Assembly: GCA_944358235.1 (NCBI GenBank)
Contig: CALVQL010000002.1
Span: 1 to 44,892 of the forward strand
Direction of reading: 5' to 3'
Length of the DNA: 44,892 bases
Origin: an uncultured Bacilli bacterium
Lineage (GTDB): Bacteria; Bacillota_I; Bacilli_A; RF39; UBA660
The stretch's first letter is position 1, and each line of letters opens with the position of its first letter. Position numbers and translations under genes: made by a program. The notes under the pieces were generated by a model. The model did not search any database and was not told the origin of the DNA. It saw only the letters and a program-made list of their open reading frames with translations. This document shows, piece after piece, positions 16,567 to 26,411 of this stretch.

Positions 16567-17703
16567 CTATCTAAAGAACGTCATATATATCAAGAATGCA
16601 AAAAGTATGACAGTTACTATAGCACCATTTATCGTATCAGATTTATTCGTTTTACCTTCTATTCCTACCATCATACTAGCGAAAAGTCCTCCGACAAGAC
16701 CACCTATATGGGCGAAATTATCGATATAAGGCATCGTAAATCCAATGAAAAGATTCAAAAGGATAATGGGAATTATTCTTTCAGCCATAACACTTCCTAA
16801 ATATAATCTGTAGTGATATCCAAAATATAGCATTGCTCCAAGTAACCCAAATATTGCTCCACTAGCTCCAACTGAGGCAACTCCTGGGCCATTTAATACT
16901 CCACTTAATAGCGATGAAGTAAGAGCACTCAAGAAATAGACAACAGTATATTTCCATTTGCCCATAAACGTCTCCAATTGGGTTCCCAAGACATAAAGCG
17001 AATACATATTACAGACAAGATGGATAATTCCACCATGGAAAAAGGCAGAAGTTATCAAACGCCAAAATTCACCATTACGAACGTCGGCAATATTCATCGA
17101 AAAGTCCGACGTATCAATGATACCTAAAACATATGATAAAATGAAGACGATAATATTTATCGCTATTAGAGCATATGTTATAACAATGCGTTTCTTGCGG
17201 AAGGTCTTTTCATATATACGGTTTTTCTCTTCCGTTTTAGTATTAATATCATTTGTAACATTGATAAAGAAATCCATGTCATCATTAGCTTCAATTACAT
17301 CATTTTTAATCTCGGGAAATAAAGATGATATACTTTCACCGTTTTCCAGTTCATCGATATTGCTTATTGTCAAAATATCGATATGCTTTTCATCATTTTT
17401 GATACTGACATTTTCACCGACATTTAAAAGAATACTCAAAGTATCACAAGAAAGTGATAGTGTTTTCTTCTTTATCTGTTTGACGATCGTCTTTGCCTTA
17501 TAAATATCAAAACTTAATTGTTCATTATTATGTATATAATTACTATTTATGCGGATTACTCCATATTTTTTATCGATATTCTCCAGCCAAATTTCATTTT
17601 CAAGACCATTTACTAAAATAGGCTGGTAATTTTCTTTAGTTACGAAGTAATGTACTAATCTCATAGTAATTTCATCTATGTTTGTCATATTTAAACTACT
17701 CAT
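16567..17703 (-). CDS. Rhomboid-family intramembrane serine protease with an N-terminal cytoplasmic domain
   Basis: 378 aa. HGGIIHLVCNMYSLY (H-x4-N motif), catalytic GASGAIFGLLGA (GxSG), and AHIGGLVGG (catalytic His) within six or more TM helices. Confidence 0.88.
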   Translation of the reverse strand: MSSLNMTNIDEITMRLVHYFVTKENYQPILVNGLENEIWLENIDKKYGVIRINSNYIHNNEQLSFDIYKAKTIVKQIKKKTLSLSCDTLSILLNVGENVSIKNDEKHIDILTISNIDELENGESISSLFPEIKNDVIEANDDMDFFINVTNDINTKTEEKNRIYEKTFRKKRIVITYALIAINIIVFILSYVLGIIDTSDFSMNIADVRNGEFWRLITSAFFHGGIIHLVCNMYSLYVLGTQLETFMGKWKYTVVYFLSALTSSLLSGVLNGPGVASVGASGAIFGLLGAMLYFGYHYRLYLGSVMAERIIPIILLNLFIGFTMPYIDNFAHIGGLVGGLFASMMVGIEGKTNKSDTINGAIVTVILFAFLIYMTFFR

Positions 17704-17767
17704 AAAAACATCCCTTCATAGAATATATTGTATAACAATTCGTCTTTTTAGTAAACAAAAAGAGAAA

Positions 17768-18658
17768 CTAGATTTTTTCTAGCCCACCAAGGAAGTCTTC
17801 GAACTCATGAGGTAATGGGGATTCGAAATGGAGTAATTCATTCGTTATTGGATGTTTAAAGTCGATAGAAGCAGAATGAAGAAATTGTCCAAATTCCGTA
17901 CACGAGTCATTGGTATATACTGGGTCATTATATATTGGGTATCCAGTATATGCCATGTGAACACGTATTTGATGAGTTCGACCAGTTTCTAATTGCAGAC
18001 GAATAAGGGTAAACCCTTTAAATCTTTCGATAACTCGCAAGTGAGTAATAGCTTTCTTGGAATTTATAGATGTAACGGCCATGCGTTTACGATTATATTT
18101 GTCACGACCAATAGGCGCATCGATAGTTGCCGTGTCACTCGGAAATTCGCCTTTTACTAATGCAATATATTCCCGGTTAATTTCGTGACGCGAAAGAGCA
18201 TCGGATAAAATTTGATGGGCTTTATTCGTCTTTGCAACAAGCATAATTCCCGAAGTATCCTTATCGATACGATGAACGATACCTGGACGAACTTCTCCGT
18301 TTATATCTGACAGATTATTAGTATAATTTACTAGTGCATTTACTAATGTCGAATGGGTATTACCATTTCCCGGATGAACGACCATCCCACTTTTTTTATT
18401 GATAACCATGATATCATCATCTTCATAGAGAATATCTAAAGGAATATCTTCAGGGATGATATCATCATTTTTACTTTCCACTTCGCTTATCGAAATAATA
18501 TCATCTTTGCGAACTTGATAATTGGCTTTTGTCGGTTGTGAATTTACTAAAATAATATTTTCATCGATTAATTTTGCTATTTGACTACGGGAATAGTCAA
18601 GATAAGGTACTAAAAACTTATCGATTCTTTCGCCATTTTCTTCTACTCTTATTTCCAC
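17768..18658 (-). CDS. rluD: 23S rRNA pseudouridine synthase, RluA family
   Basis: 296 aa. N-terminal S4-like RIDKFLV, catalytic HRIDKDTSGIMLVAK, RTHQIRVH motif. Conserved lspA-rluD neighbourhood. Confidence 0.88.
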   Translation of the reverse strand: MEIRVEENGERIDKFLVPYLDYSRSQIAKLIDENIILVNSQPTKANYQVRKDDIISISEVESKNDDIIPEDIPLDILYEDDDIMVINKKSGMVVHPGNGNTHSTLVNALVNYTNNLSDINGEVRPGIVHRIDKDTSGIMLVAKTNKAHQILSDALSRHEINREYIALVKGEFPSDTATIDAPIGRDKYNRKRMAVTSINSKKAITHLRVIERFKGFTLIRLQLETGRTHQIRVHMAYTGYPIYNDPVYTNDSCTEFGQFLHSASIDFKHPITNELLHFESPLPHEFEDFLGGLEKI

Positions 18659-19100
18659 TATTAATCTCTCCTTTAATTGTTGCTATTATGATGATTATAA
18701 CTCCTACAACAATAGCTGTATCCGCCAAATTGAACACTGGAAAATTATAACCGAATATATTAAGTTCGATAAAATCTCGAACATATCCAAATAATATACG
18801 ATCGATTAAATTACCCAGGATACCACCAAATAGAAGACCGAAAGCGGCATCATTTAAAACGTTATTTTCAAAAGAAAACATCATACTATAGACCAGAACC
18901 AAAGCTACGATACTTATACCTATTAAGAGAAGTATATTACCTTCTAATATCGACCAAGCAGCTCCAGTATTTTGGTAATATGTTATATTAAAAACGTTAT
19001 CGATAATCGTAAATTGAGAATTGTAGGCGTCGACGATGACTTTAGTCAATTGATCAAAGATTAAGACAATTATCGCTATTATAACCTTTCTTTTATTCAT
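18618..19100 (-). CDS. lspA: Lipoprotein signal peptidase II
   Basis: The track start GTG 19109 is inside the RBS GGCGGGTG, so ATG 19100 is preferred. NTGAAWS and FNLADTAIVVG motifs, four TM helices. Its 3' end overlaps the rluD start by 41 nt. Confidence 0.88.
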   Translation of the reverse strand: MNKRKVIIAIIVLIFDQLTKVIVDAYNSQFTIIDNVFNITYYQNTGAAWSILEGNILLLIGISIVALVLVYSMMFSFENNVLNDAAFGLLFGGILGNLIDRILFGYVRDFIELNIFGYNFPVFNLADTAIVVGVIIIIIATIKGEINSGNKSRRKWRKNR

Positions 19101-19129
19101 GTTAAACACCCGCCATAATTATACTAGAT

Positions 19130-19357
19130 TTATTTTAAATCTACAAGTATGACATCCTCGCCAATCTTGATAACTTGTTCTAATTTTATATTGGTTTCAT
19201 TACTAGAAAAATTAAGTTTTCTGATCATCTTCTTCGGTTCGACGACAAAAAAATTAATTGTTCCGTTTTCTAAAATATCCATGTCGATTATCTTGCCGAT
19301 ATTTCTACCATCGTTTTGATTAACGACATCCTTCGTTTGTAAATCACTTATTCGCAT
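19130..19357 (-). CDS. YlmC/YmxH-family PRC-barrel protein (sporulation-associated)
   Basis: 75 aa. MRISDLQTKDVVNQNDGRNIGKIIDMDI…KIGEDVILV matches the YlmC/YmxH pattern. Confidence 0.8.
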   Translation of the reverse strand: MRISDLQTKDVVNQNDGRNIGKIIDMDILENGTINFFVVEPKKMIRKLNFSSNETNIKLEQVIKIGEDVILVDLK

Positions 19358-19386
19358 ATGAACACCTAATTAAGTATATGCGTTAA

Positions 19387-19416
19387 ATAAAAAAAGAATT
19401 TATTACTAAATTCTTT
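19387..19416 (-). terminator. Rho-independent terminator after the SPFH gene
   Basis: Minus strand: AAAGAATTT-agtaat-AAATTCTTT followed by TTTTATTT. The stem touches the stop codon. Confidence 0.6.
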
Positions 19417-20606
19417 TATTCTCCTATTTTAGCACCACAATTACTGCAGAATTTACCGGTGACCGGTGTTCCACAATTGCTACAGAATTTTGGAGCAGTT
19501 GTCGTCGTCTCTTTTACTGGAATATCAGTATTTAAAGTTGTGTTTCCTGGTGCACTTTGATTATTAATCGGATTTTCTAAAGGATTGGTCGAGCTTGTTT
19601 GTTGCATGTTTTGAGCAGCACTCATAACATTTCCAGCAGTAGAACTAGCCATATTCATTCCCATAAATCCCATTAAAGCCCCATTTTCATTTCCGGCAGC
19701 ACTTACCATAGCATCAGCAGTCGCTGCTGCCATTAATCCGCTAGTATTAGACGCATAAAGTTCTCCACGACGTTTTTCACGCGATAATTCCGCATCAACT
19801 TCACGAATAATCTTTTTAGATTCTTCACTAGCATTAATATTTAGTGCTACATCTAATACTTCTAAGCCATATTGTTGTTTCCACGATTCATCAAGTAAAG
19901 AATTCATGACTTTAACAACATCATTTTTATAACTTTGAACAGTATTAAACGAAACATTGTTTTTTACCATTAAATCACTAATACAAGTAGATACATTACT
20001 AGCAAATTGTAACTTTAGCTGGCCATCGATGACATCACTTACTGTAATCGTATCTTTAGGATTAGCACCTATTAAATTAGTAACTAATACTACTGGATCA
20101 ACTACTTTAAAGGAATATTCTCCGAAATAGGTTATTTCAACCGAGCCATATACTGGATCATAAATAGTTTCCGGATTTTTCGATCCAAACTTATTACCCG
20201 TAATCGTCAAAAGATTGACGTAATACACACGTTGATCATGTGCTTCATGTCCACCATAAGTTATACGTGATCCAATCGTCTTAATCGAATCCTTAAGTCC
20301 CTTAAAGAATCCTCCTTCAAAGACACTTGGCTCAGTCGAAGAATCCCAAATATATTCCCCTGGTTCCGCAGAGAATTCTTTAATAGCACCATTATCGACG
20401 AGCATCATTGCATATCCCGATGGAACGACAATTTTACTACCATTAGTAATAATTCCTTCTGTATAATTCTTATTTCCACTTCCATGTTCGACACGTCCTC
20501 TGACCACTAATACATTTGTGTCTTGTGTTGGACATGTTATAAACTCTTTAAATTGGTCACCAACTACTTTAGATACCGATCCAAGAGTTGCGCTAATTAA
20601 ACCCAT
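19416..20606 (-). CDS. SPFH-domain (YdjI/COG4260-like) protein with a C-terminal double zinc ribbon
   Basis: 396 aa. The layout resembles B. subtilis YdjI, including the Met/Gly/Asn-rich segment GFMGMNMASS. C-terminal FCSNCGTPVTGKFCSNCGAKI. Confidence 0.65.
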   Translation of the reverse strand: MGLISATLGSVSKVVGDQFKEFITCPTQDTNVLVVRGRVEHGSGNKNYTEGIITNGSKIVVPSGYAMMLVDNGAIKEFSAEPGEYIWDSSTEPSVFEGGFFKGLKDSIKTIGSRITYGGHEAHDQRVYYVNLLTITGNKFGSKNPETIYDPVYGSVEITYFGEYSFKVVDPVVLVTNLIGANPKDTITVSDVIDGQLKLQFASNVSTCISDLMVKNNVSFNTVQSYKNDVVKVMNSLLDESWKQQYGLEVLDVALNINASEESKKIIREVDAELSREKRRGELYASNTSGLMAAATADAMVSAAGNENGALMGFMGMNMASSTAGNVMSAAQNMQQTSSTNPLENPINNQSAPGNTTLNTDIPVKETTTTAPKFCSNCGTPVTGKFCSNCGAKIGE

Positions 20607-20674
20607 AAAATCACTTCCTTCTATATAGGATCATCCTATATAAATTATATCACACTATGTGTATTTATAATAAC

Positions 20675-21451
20675 TTATTTTATGAGTTTCTTGACATTAT
20701 TTATCGCATTTTTTTCGATGCGCGATATTTGAGCCTGGCTTACTCCTAACTCACTAGCAAGTTCCATCTGAGTTTTACCAATTATATAGCGATCGATAAG
20801 AATACTCTTTTCACGCAATTTAATCTTGCCTAAGGCTTTATTTAACGATATTAAAAGATCTTTATCGACATTTCGTTCTTTAGTATCTGCAAGTTGATCC
20901 AATAGATATATCGTATCACCACCATCATTATAGATTGGCTCGAAGATACTGACAGGTTCTTTTAGAGAATCCATTGCTTCACGGAGTTCGTATTCGGTTA
21001 TCTCTAGTTCACGAGTGATAGTTTCAATATCCGGTTCGATGCCGTGGACCTCGACATAAGCATCTTTATATTTCATAATATGATAGGCCAAATCACGAAC
21101 ACTACGAGTTACGCGAACAACGTTAGAATCGCGAATATAACGTTTAACTTCTCCCAATATTAGTGGAACAGCATAGGTAGAAAACATTACTCCAACGTTG
21201 ATGTCGAAATTATCGACCGCTTTGATCAGCCCCACACACCCTACTTGAAAAAGATCATTCATATCATTCTTGCCGTTATTATAATTTTTTATAATCGATA
21301 ATACGAGTTTTAAATTGCCATTAATTAATTCTTCTTTTGCTTCGAGATCCCCGTTTTGATAACGTCTAAATAATTCTTCCATCTCATCTTTTTTTAAGAC
21401 ACGAATATTATTAGTATCAATTCCGGGAATATTTACCTTATATTTACTCAA
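20675..21451 (-). CDS. sigG: Sporulation sigma factor G (forespore)
   Basis: 258 aa, TTG start. MSKYKVNIPGIDT…, DLFQVGCVGLIKAVDNFD, FSTYAVPLILGEVKRYIRD, and the SigG-specific PVSIFEPIYNDGGDTIYLLDQ (B. subtilis SigG: PVSLFEPIYNDGGDPIYVMDQ). Confidence 0.9.
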   Translation of the reverse strand: MSKYKVNIPGIDTNNIRVLKKDEMEELFRRYQNGDLEAKEELINGNLKLVLSIIKNYNNGKNDMNDLFQVGCVGLIKAVDNFDINVGVMFSTYAVPLILGEVKRYIRDSNVVRVTRSVRDLAYHIMKYKDAYVEVHGIEPDIETITRELEITEYELREAMDSLKEPVSIFEPIYNDGGDTIYLLDQLADTKERNVDKDLLISLNKALGKIKLREKSILIDRYIIGKTQMELASELGVSQAQISRIEKNAINNVKKLIK

Positions 21452-21497
21452 TAGAAAAAGCCCCTTTCACCAATATATTGGTCGAGGAGCTTGTTAA

Positions 21498-22541
21498 TTA
21501 TTCAACAATGTCATCATTAACAAATGAATCGATTCCAAAACTGCCGTTTGAAGGAGATTCGAATGAAGTTGATCCAGACAATTCGATATTGTTATGAAGT
21601 TCCATAATTAATTCTTTTAATTCTTCTTCTGGTACAAGATCTGTATAATATGCAAATCCTATTGTAACTACATCGTATTCTAATTCCATGACATAAAGTG
21701 TATATGTGTGGCCTTCAAAAGTAAGATAGTATGCCAAATATTCAATACCATTGTAAGTATCCTTCGAATATGTCACATTAGTAAATCTCGATTGACTTAA
21801 TTCATTTCGAAATTCTTCAGCATTATTTACATAATCGTCAAATGATTCTTCTGATAAAGAAAATCCAACTTGTTTTCCACTAGCAAAATCATAGACGAGC
21901 AATAGTCCATCTTGAACCAATGAATCATATCCTTCAGGAATATAGATTTTATATCCATATAATGTCTCATAGTCAGCAGACACTTGAGATGCTGTTGTCG
22001 TTCGTCTCGTCGTTGTCGATGTTGTAGTAGTCGTTGTATTATCATTTTCTTTGTTATCGTCACTACTCAATGTTCCCCAGATTAACAATCCTAATATAAT
22101 TGCTACTACTATCAAAACGGTAACAATTATAATAAATGTTTTATTGTTTTTATTTGGGACATTAGGTTGCATTGGATAAATCCCGTTATACATTGGAGAT
22201 TGCTGCATTAGCGGGTTTTGATTAGTCGGTTGAAATTGTTGCATTGGTCGCTCGACTTGGTTAGTATTATTGGACATATTTGAAAACGACTGTACTTGTT
22301 GTATCGGTTGTACTGATGAATTTTGAAGATTCGTTGGATGCCCCGAGTGATTTGTTACATTATTTCCTAAATCAGCATTAGTCTCTGAACTAGCTCCTAA
22401 TGGTATTTGATTATCGACATCAGTCGGCGGGGGCGTCATTGGTGGCACATTAACATTTTGAACCGGCTCACATGGTGTTCCACATAATGCACAGAATTTT
22501 TGTCCTTCCATTAATTCTTTTCCACAATTTCTACAAAACAT
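21498..22541 (-). CDS. Zn-ribbon / low-complexity / TM / Thr-linker / ectodomain protein, function unknown
   Basis: The track start 22574 is upstream of a perfect GGAGG. ATG 22541, 9 nt after it, gives MFCRNCGKELMEGQKFCALCGTPC. This is followed by a P/Q/N-rich ~110 aa stretch, a TM (FIIIVTVLIVVAIILGLLIWG), the linker NDNTTTTTTSTTTRRTTTAS and a ~165-aa domain. Confidence 0.6.
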   Translation of the reverse strand: MFCRNCGKELMEGQKFCALCGTPCEPVQNVNVPPMTPPPTDVDNQIPLGASSETNADLGNNVTNHSGHPTNLQNSSVQPIQQVQSFSNMSNNTNQVERPMQQFQPTNQNPLMQQSPMYNGIYPMQPNVPNKNNKTFIIIVTVLIVVAIILGLLIWGTLSSDDNKENDNTTTTTTSTTTRRTTTASQVSADYETLYGYKIYIPEGYDSLVQDGLLLVYDFASGKQVGFSLSEESFDDYVNNAEEFRNELSQSRFTNVTYSKDTYNGIEYLAYYLTFEGHTYTLYVMELEYDVVTIGFAYYTDLVPEEELKELIMELHNNIELSGSTSFESPSNGSFGIDSFVNDDIVE

Positions 22542-22560
22542 AATAATTCTCCTCCATATT

Positions 22561-24621
22561 TTATTTATTAACACTTACTAAATTTGAATAAAAGCGATTA
22601 CCGTATATATCAGTAATAGTAAATGCCGCATAATAATCGCCATCATCTAATGAAACATTGACTAACTCATAATCACTATCAGTAGATACTTCAAATAAGT
22701 ATTTAATATCACTACTTTCCCAATCGGGATTATAGTTACCAGCTTCGTCTAATATACCATAACGATAATTTGTAAATTGAATATATTCATAATAATCAAG
22801 ATCGACAAAAACAGTACTGATTCCATCTTCAGATGTTGAATTTTTGCTTGCTTTAGCGATATACGGTTTGTTGTTATCATCATAATCAATATACAAAGTT
22901 AAAGCCGAAACATCAAATTCGTCTAGTCCATCACCTTCACCAAAATGAAATGCTACAGCAAACGTCTTATAACTTTTTACGCCTGTTTTGCCATTTTCAT
23001 ATAATTGAACCCATGCTCGGGACTCGTCACTGTGATCAACTATCTGCAAAAGATTATTTGTAACATTAGATCTTACTTTTGTTCCATCTAGATAAGCATT
23101 ATCACTCGAGTATATTGGCATAAAAAGGCCATCTTCTTGCTTTTCGAAAACAACGTAACTGGCTTCGGCAAAGTCCGCTGCTTGTTCAGGTGTTAACTCT
23201 AAAACGAACTCTCCTTTAGTTATTACATTATTATTAGTAGTAATATCATTTTTACTAAAATTACTAGCATTATTTGATTTTACCAAATTACTAATCTGTT
23301 TTATAAAAGTGACATACGATTCACTAAAATCCAAATCATTATATACACTCAAAAATTTATTTTGCGTTAGAGTTCCTCCCTTATATGGAAAATAAATAGA
23401 AAGACCATGGGATTCTTCAACCATTTCACTCCAATTATATACTACTGCTTCGTCAATCGCTGCTAATAAATCGTCACTACTTACGCTTGAATATTGGGTA
23501 ATATTATCAATCAAACTATATAAATCGACCATATCATATGCTTCTTGATTATAAAAAGAATATGCATACTGATAAAGAGAACCTCTAATACGTATTATAT
23601 CAGCATAATTTTCACTCAAATCAATGCCGGATATAAATTCATCTAATTCGGAAACGACATCATCGATTTTATTTAGATCGATGATCGAATACATTGGTGC
23701 TGTTGCTACTCCAAGTGGATCGATTTCATTAATTTGATATTCATACTCACTGATAAATTTTTTACCATAATCGATTGCTGTATCATCAGTTTCAATATAA
23801 TTGAGAAAACTTAAAACACTCGATCCGGCAGCGCCATGAGTTATTTCTTCACTAGCTATTAAATAATTAGAGTAATCAGCAAGTTCATTAGCAAGTTCTA
23901 CAGTTCCATTTAAGCATGTTCTAAAAATTATAGTTTCTAGTTTATTACTGCCTTTAAATGAGCTATTATCTAATGCATCACCCATTTCGGCAATCGTCAA
24001 ATGATCATTTGTAAAATCATCATATATAGCACCATCAATTGCGCCACCGTGGTCATAAAGAATTAAGTCATAGGCATCTGTTACGTAATTGTCATAAGCA
24101 TAGTTAAGTAAGGTAGATAATGTATCAGCATCACCCATATCTTCTTGAGAATAGGACTCTTTCTTTACAAAACCAGATGTTGTAAGTTCATAAATGGCAT
24201 TTTCATCATTAGATATGAAATTATGCCATTGTTGCGTTCCTCCAGTATAGAGTAAAATATTCATATTATTAAAATCGATTTCACTTTCTTTAATACCAGC
24301 AAGATCAGAAGTGGCGATTCCATTTTCCGATTCTAGGTCGGATCCAACTAGATAAATCATAATCGTTCGAGAAGTCGCATTATCATCGGGAAGATATCGG
24401 TTATTTTTTCGACTTTTTAAGATAATTAAAAAAATTGACAGCATTATAATTATAACTATTAACAATGATATAATTATTATCTTCTTCTTGTCGACAGTTT
24501 TTTTAGATGTCTTGTCAGTTGTATATACGGGAATTTGCTCTAACGAATTCCCACAAGAGCTACAAAAACTAGCATTATCCACATTATAAGCTCCACAACG
24601 CTTACAAACCATACTCCACAC
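22561..24621 (-). CDS. Membrane-anchored clostripain-family (peptidase C11) cysteine protease with an N-terminal zinc ribbon
   Basis: 686 aa. CKRCGAYNVDNASFCSSCGNSL, then a TM (IIIISLLIVIIIMLSIFLIIL). C11 pattern TIMIYLVGSDLES…NILLYTGG…, His-Gly in LILYDHGGAIDG and catalytic-Cys context TIIFRTCLNGTVELANELADYSNYLIASEE. Confidence 0.7.
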   Translation of the reverse strand: MWSMVCKRCGAYNVDNASFCSSCGNSLEQIPVYTTDKTSKKTVDKKKIIIISLLIVIIIMLSIFLIILKSRKNNRYLPDDNATSRTIMIYLVGSDLESENGIATSDLAGIKESEIDFNNMNILLYTGGTQQWHNFISNDENAIYELTTSGFVKKESYSQEDMGDADTLSTLLNYAYDNYVTDAYDLILYDHGGAIDGAIYDDFTNDHLTIAEMGDALDNSSFKGSNKLETIIFRTCLNGTVELANELADYSNYLIASEEITHGAAGSSVLSFLNYIETDDTAIDYGKKFISEYEYQINEIDPLGVATAPMYSIIDLNKIDDVVSELDEFISGIDLSENYADIIRIRGSLYQYAYSFYNQEAYDMVDLYSLIDNITQYSSVSSDDLLAAIDEAVVYNWSEMVEESHGLSIYFPYKGGTLTQNKFLSVYNDLDFSESYVTFIKQISNLVKSNNASNFSKNDITTNNNVITKGEFVLELTPEQAADFAEASYVVFEKQEDGLFMPIYSSDNAYLDGTKVRSNVTNNLLQIVDHSDESRAWVQLYENGKTGVKSYKTFAVAFHFGEGDGLDEFDVSALTLYIDYDDNNKPYIAKASKNSTSEDGISTVFVDLDYYEYIQFTNYRYGILDEAGNYNPDWESSDIKYLFEVSTDSDYELVNVSLDDGDYYAAFTITDIYGNRFYSNLVSVNK

Positions 24622-24673
24622 TACACTTTCCCTATTATCTTTTTCATTTTAACATATATAGTATTTTAGAACA

Positions 24674-24697
24674 ATAAAAAAGAGAAACTCTTCTCTT
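24674..24697 (-). terminator. Rho-independent terminator after gltX
   Basis: Minus strand: AAGAGAA-gagt-TTCTCTT followed by TTTTTATTG. It begins at the gltX stop codon. Confidence 0.55.
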
Positions 24698-26339
24698 ATA
24701 AAATGTCAATACGCGATATTATCCTGTCTTTTCCTAACAAGCGCATTATCTCATATAAATCAGGTGTTTTTGATTTACTAGTGATTGCGACACGAAGAAC
24801 AGTCGATATATCAGCAACGCTACCTAGATAGTTTTCCGGATTTTTCTTATAATCTTTCATATTGGCAGCATATCCTAATTCGGTGGACATTTCTTTAATC
24901 TTATCAAACCACGTATCTTTATCGTCAGATTCATCAAAATATTCAGTCATATACTTGCCGAGAATTCTTTTTATTTCATCTAATTCCGTTATCTTCATCC
25001 ACTCAAAATTTTGTGGTTGATACAATTCGTCAAACATATACCATATTTGTTCTTTTACATCACTCCAACAAGCAAAATCTTTGCGAGGTTTTTCTTGTTC
25101 ACGTTCGATATTTAGAACACTTTTAGTATAATCGGGATTCTTAGTAATTATTTTGTGGAATTCGTTGTCATAAACTTTCGTATATTCTTCTAAATTATTG
25201 TAGACAGTTTCTTTATCCATTCGCGAAATCAAATTTTTTGAAATATTATCGAGTTTATCCAAGTCATATAGAGCTCCACTCGTTCCAACTTTATGAGGAT
25301 CGAATTCAAACTCAAGATATGATTTATCAGGGTTTTCATCACGCCATTCCTCATAGTTGCTGTTTAAAATAGTCATTAAAGATTCAATAACAGCTTCTTT
25401 AGGATAGCCCTTTTCGATGTAGTAGCTCATTAGAGCTTCTGGATCTTTACGCTTGCTGATCTTTCTCCTAACACCATCTTCTTGTTTTAAGAGAAGTGAA
25501 TTATGAATATATTTCGGTTGTTCGAATCCAAATGCAGAAAATAATTCGATATGAAAAGGAACACTAGAAATCCATTCCTGTCCACGAACGACATGAGTTG
25601 TATGCATTAAATGATCATCGACGACATGTGCGAAATGATATGTCGGCAAGAAATCACTCGACTTCATTATGATATGATCCAAATCGTTTTCCGGAAATTC
25701 GATGGTACCAGTTACTAAATCATCGAATTGTACCTTGCGATTATAATTTCCCAAAGATTTAAAGCGAATAACATATTCTTCGCCATTTTTGATTCTTTCT
25801 GCTCGCTCTTCGTTAGTCAAATCACGACATTTCGCCCAACCACCATAATAACCAATACGGCTCTTCTTAGCTTCTTGTTTTTTACGCATCACATCCAATT
25901 CTTCTGTAGTACAAAAACACGGATAAGCTCGACCGATTTCGATTAAATGCTTGATAAAAGCATGATAGATTTCTTTTCTTTCACTTTGAACGTAAGGTCC
26001 ATAGTTGCCGACGATTTTTCCTCTATATTCGTATTCGTCAGGTTGAAAACCGACATAATCCAAAACTTCCATTATCTTATCGACAGCAGTGTCGACTTCT
26101 CTTTTAGTATCGGTATCTTCATTACGTAGATAAAAAATACCATTACTATTCTTAGCTAGATAGTAATCCAATAATGCTTGTAATAGATTTCCAATATGGA
26201 CAAAGCCCGTTGGCGAGGGAGCAAAACGAGTAACCTTAGCTCCCGCTTCTAAATCTCTTTTAGGATATATAGCTTCATAATCAGCAATCGTCTTCGTTAT
26301 ATTAGGAAATATCAAATCAGCTAATTCTTTATCAGACAT
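24696..26339 (-). CDS. gltX: Glutamate--tRNA ligase (long form)
   Basis: The track start GTG 26348 lies in the RBS AGAGGTG, so ATG 26339 is preferred. HIGH-region RFAPSPTGFVHIGNL, KMSKS-equivalent KISKRK. About 547 aa, longer than typical bacterial GluRS. Confidence 0.85.
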   Translation of the reverse strand: MSDKELADLIFPNITKTIADYEAIYPKRDLEAGAKVTRFAPSPTGFVHIGNLLQALLDYYLAKNSNGIFYLRNEDTDTKREVDTAVDKIMEVLDYVGFQPDEYEYRGKIVGNYGPYVQSERKEIYHAFIKHLIEIGRAYPCFCTTEELDVMRKKQEAKKSRIGYYGGWAKCRDLTNEERAERIKNGEEYVIRFKSLGNYNRKVQFDDLVTGTIEFPENDLDHIIMKSSDFLPTYHFAHVVDDHLMHTTHVVRGQEWISSVPFHIELFSAFGFEQPKYIHNSLLLKQEDGVRRKISKRKDPEALMSYYIEKGYPKEAVIESLMTILNSNYEEWRDENPDKSYLEFEFDPHKVGTSGALYDLDKLDNISKNLISRMDKETVYNNLEEYTKVYDNEFHKIITKNPDYTKSVLNIEREQEKPRKDFACWSDVKEQIWYMFDELYQPQNFEWMKITELDEIKRILGKYMTEYFDESDDKDTWFDKIKEMSTELGYAANMKDYKKNPENYLGSVADISTVLRVAITSKSKTPDLYEIMRLLGKDRIISRIDIL

Positions 26340-26411
26340 ATAAAACACCTCTTATTCATCATAAATTTTATATAATATATTATCGAAAAAGATTATCATA
26401 GTCAATTATTC

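Noticed and set aside
17117-17503. Antisense or nested ORFs inside well-supported genes. Examples: 17117..17503 in the rhomboid gene, 34158..34487 in sigE/spoIIGA, 37198..37629 in ftsA, 38037..38390 in the kinase-fold gene, 41228..41605 in the 2-TM gene, 31612..31863 in polA, and 25728..26129 in gltX.
   Set aside because: All lie opposite strongly supported coding sequence. They lack RBSs and encode Ser/Leu/Ile/Phe-rich products typical of antisense reading of AT-rich genes.
21827-22063. Same-strand alternative-frame ORFs: 21827..22063 inside the Zn-ribbon protein gene and 44011..44208 inside infC.
   Set aside because: There is no independent RBS. The products are compositionally odd, and the host frames carry recognisable motifs.
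22561-22574. Apparent 14-nt overlap between the C11 protease gene and the downstream Zn-ribbon gene.
   Set aside because: It is an artefact of an over-extended track start. A perfect GGAGG precedes ATG 22541, leaving a 19-nt gap instead.
26340-26411. Possible T-box or other leader upstream of gltX.
   Set aside because: Only ~70 nt separate gltX from the upstream gene, which is far too short for a T-box. No specifier or antiterminator structure is visible.
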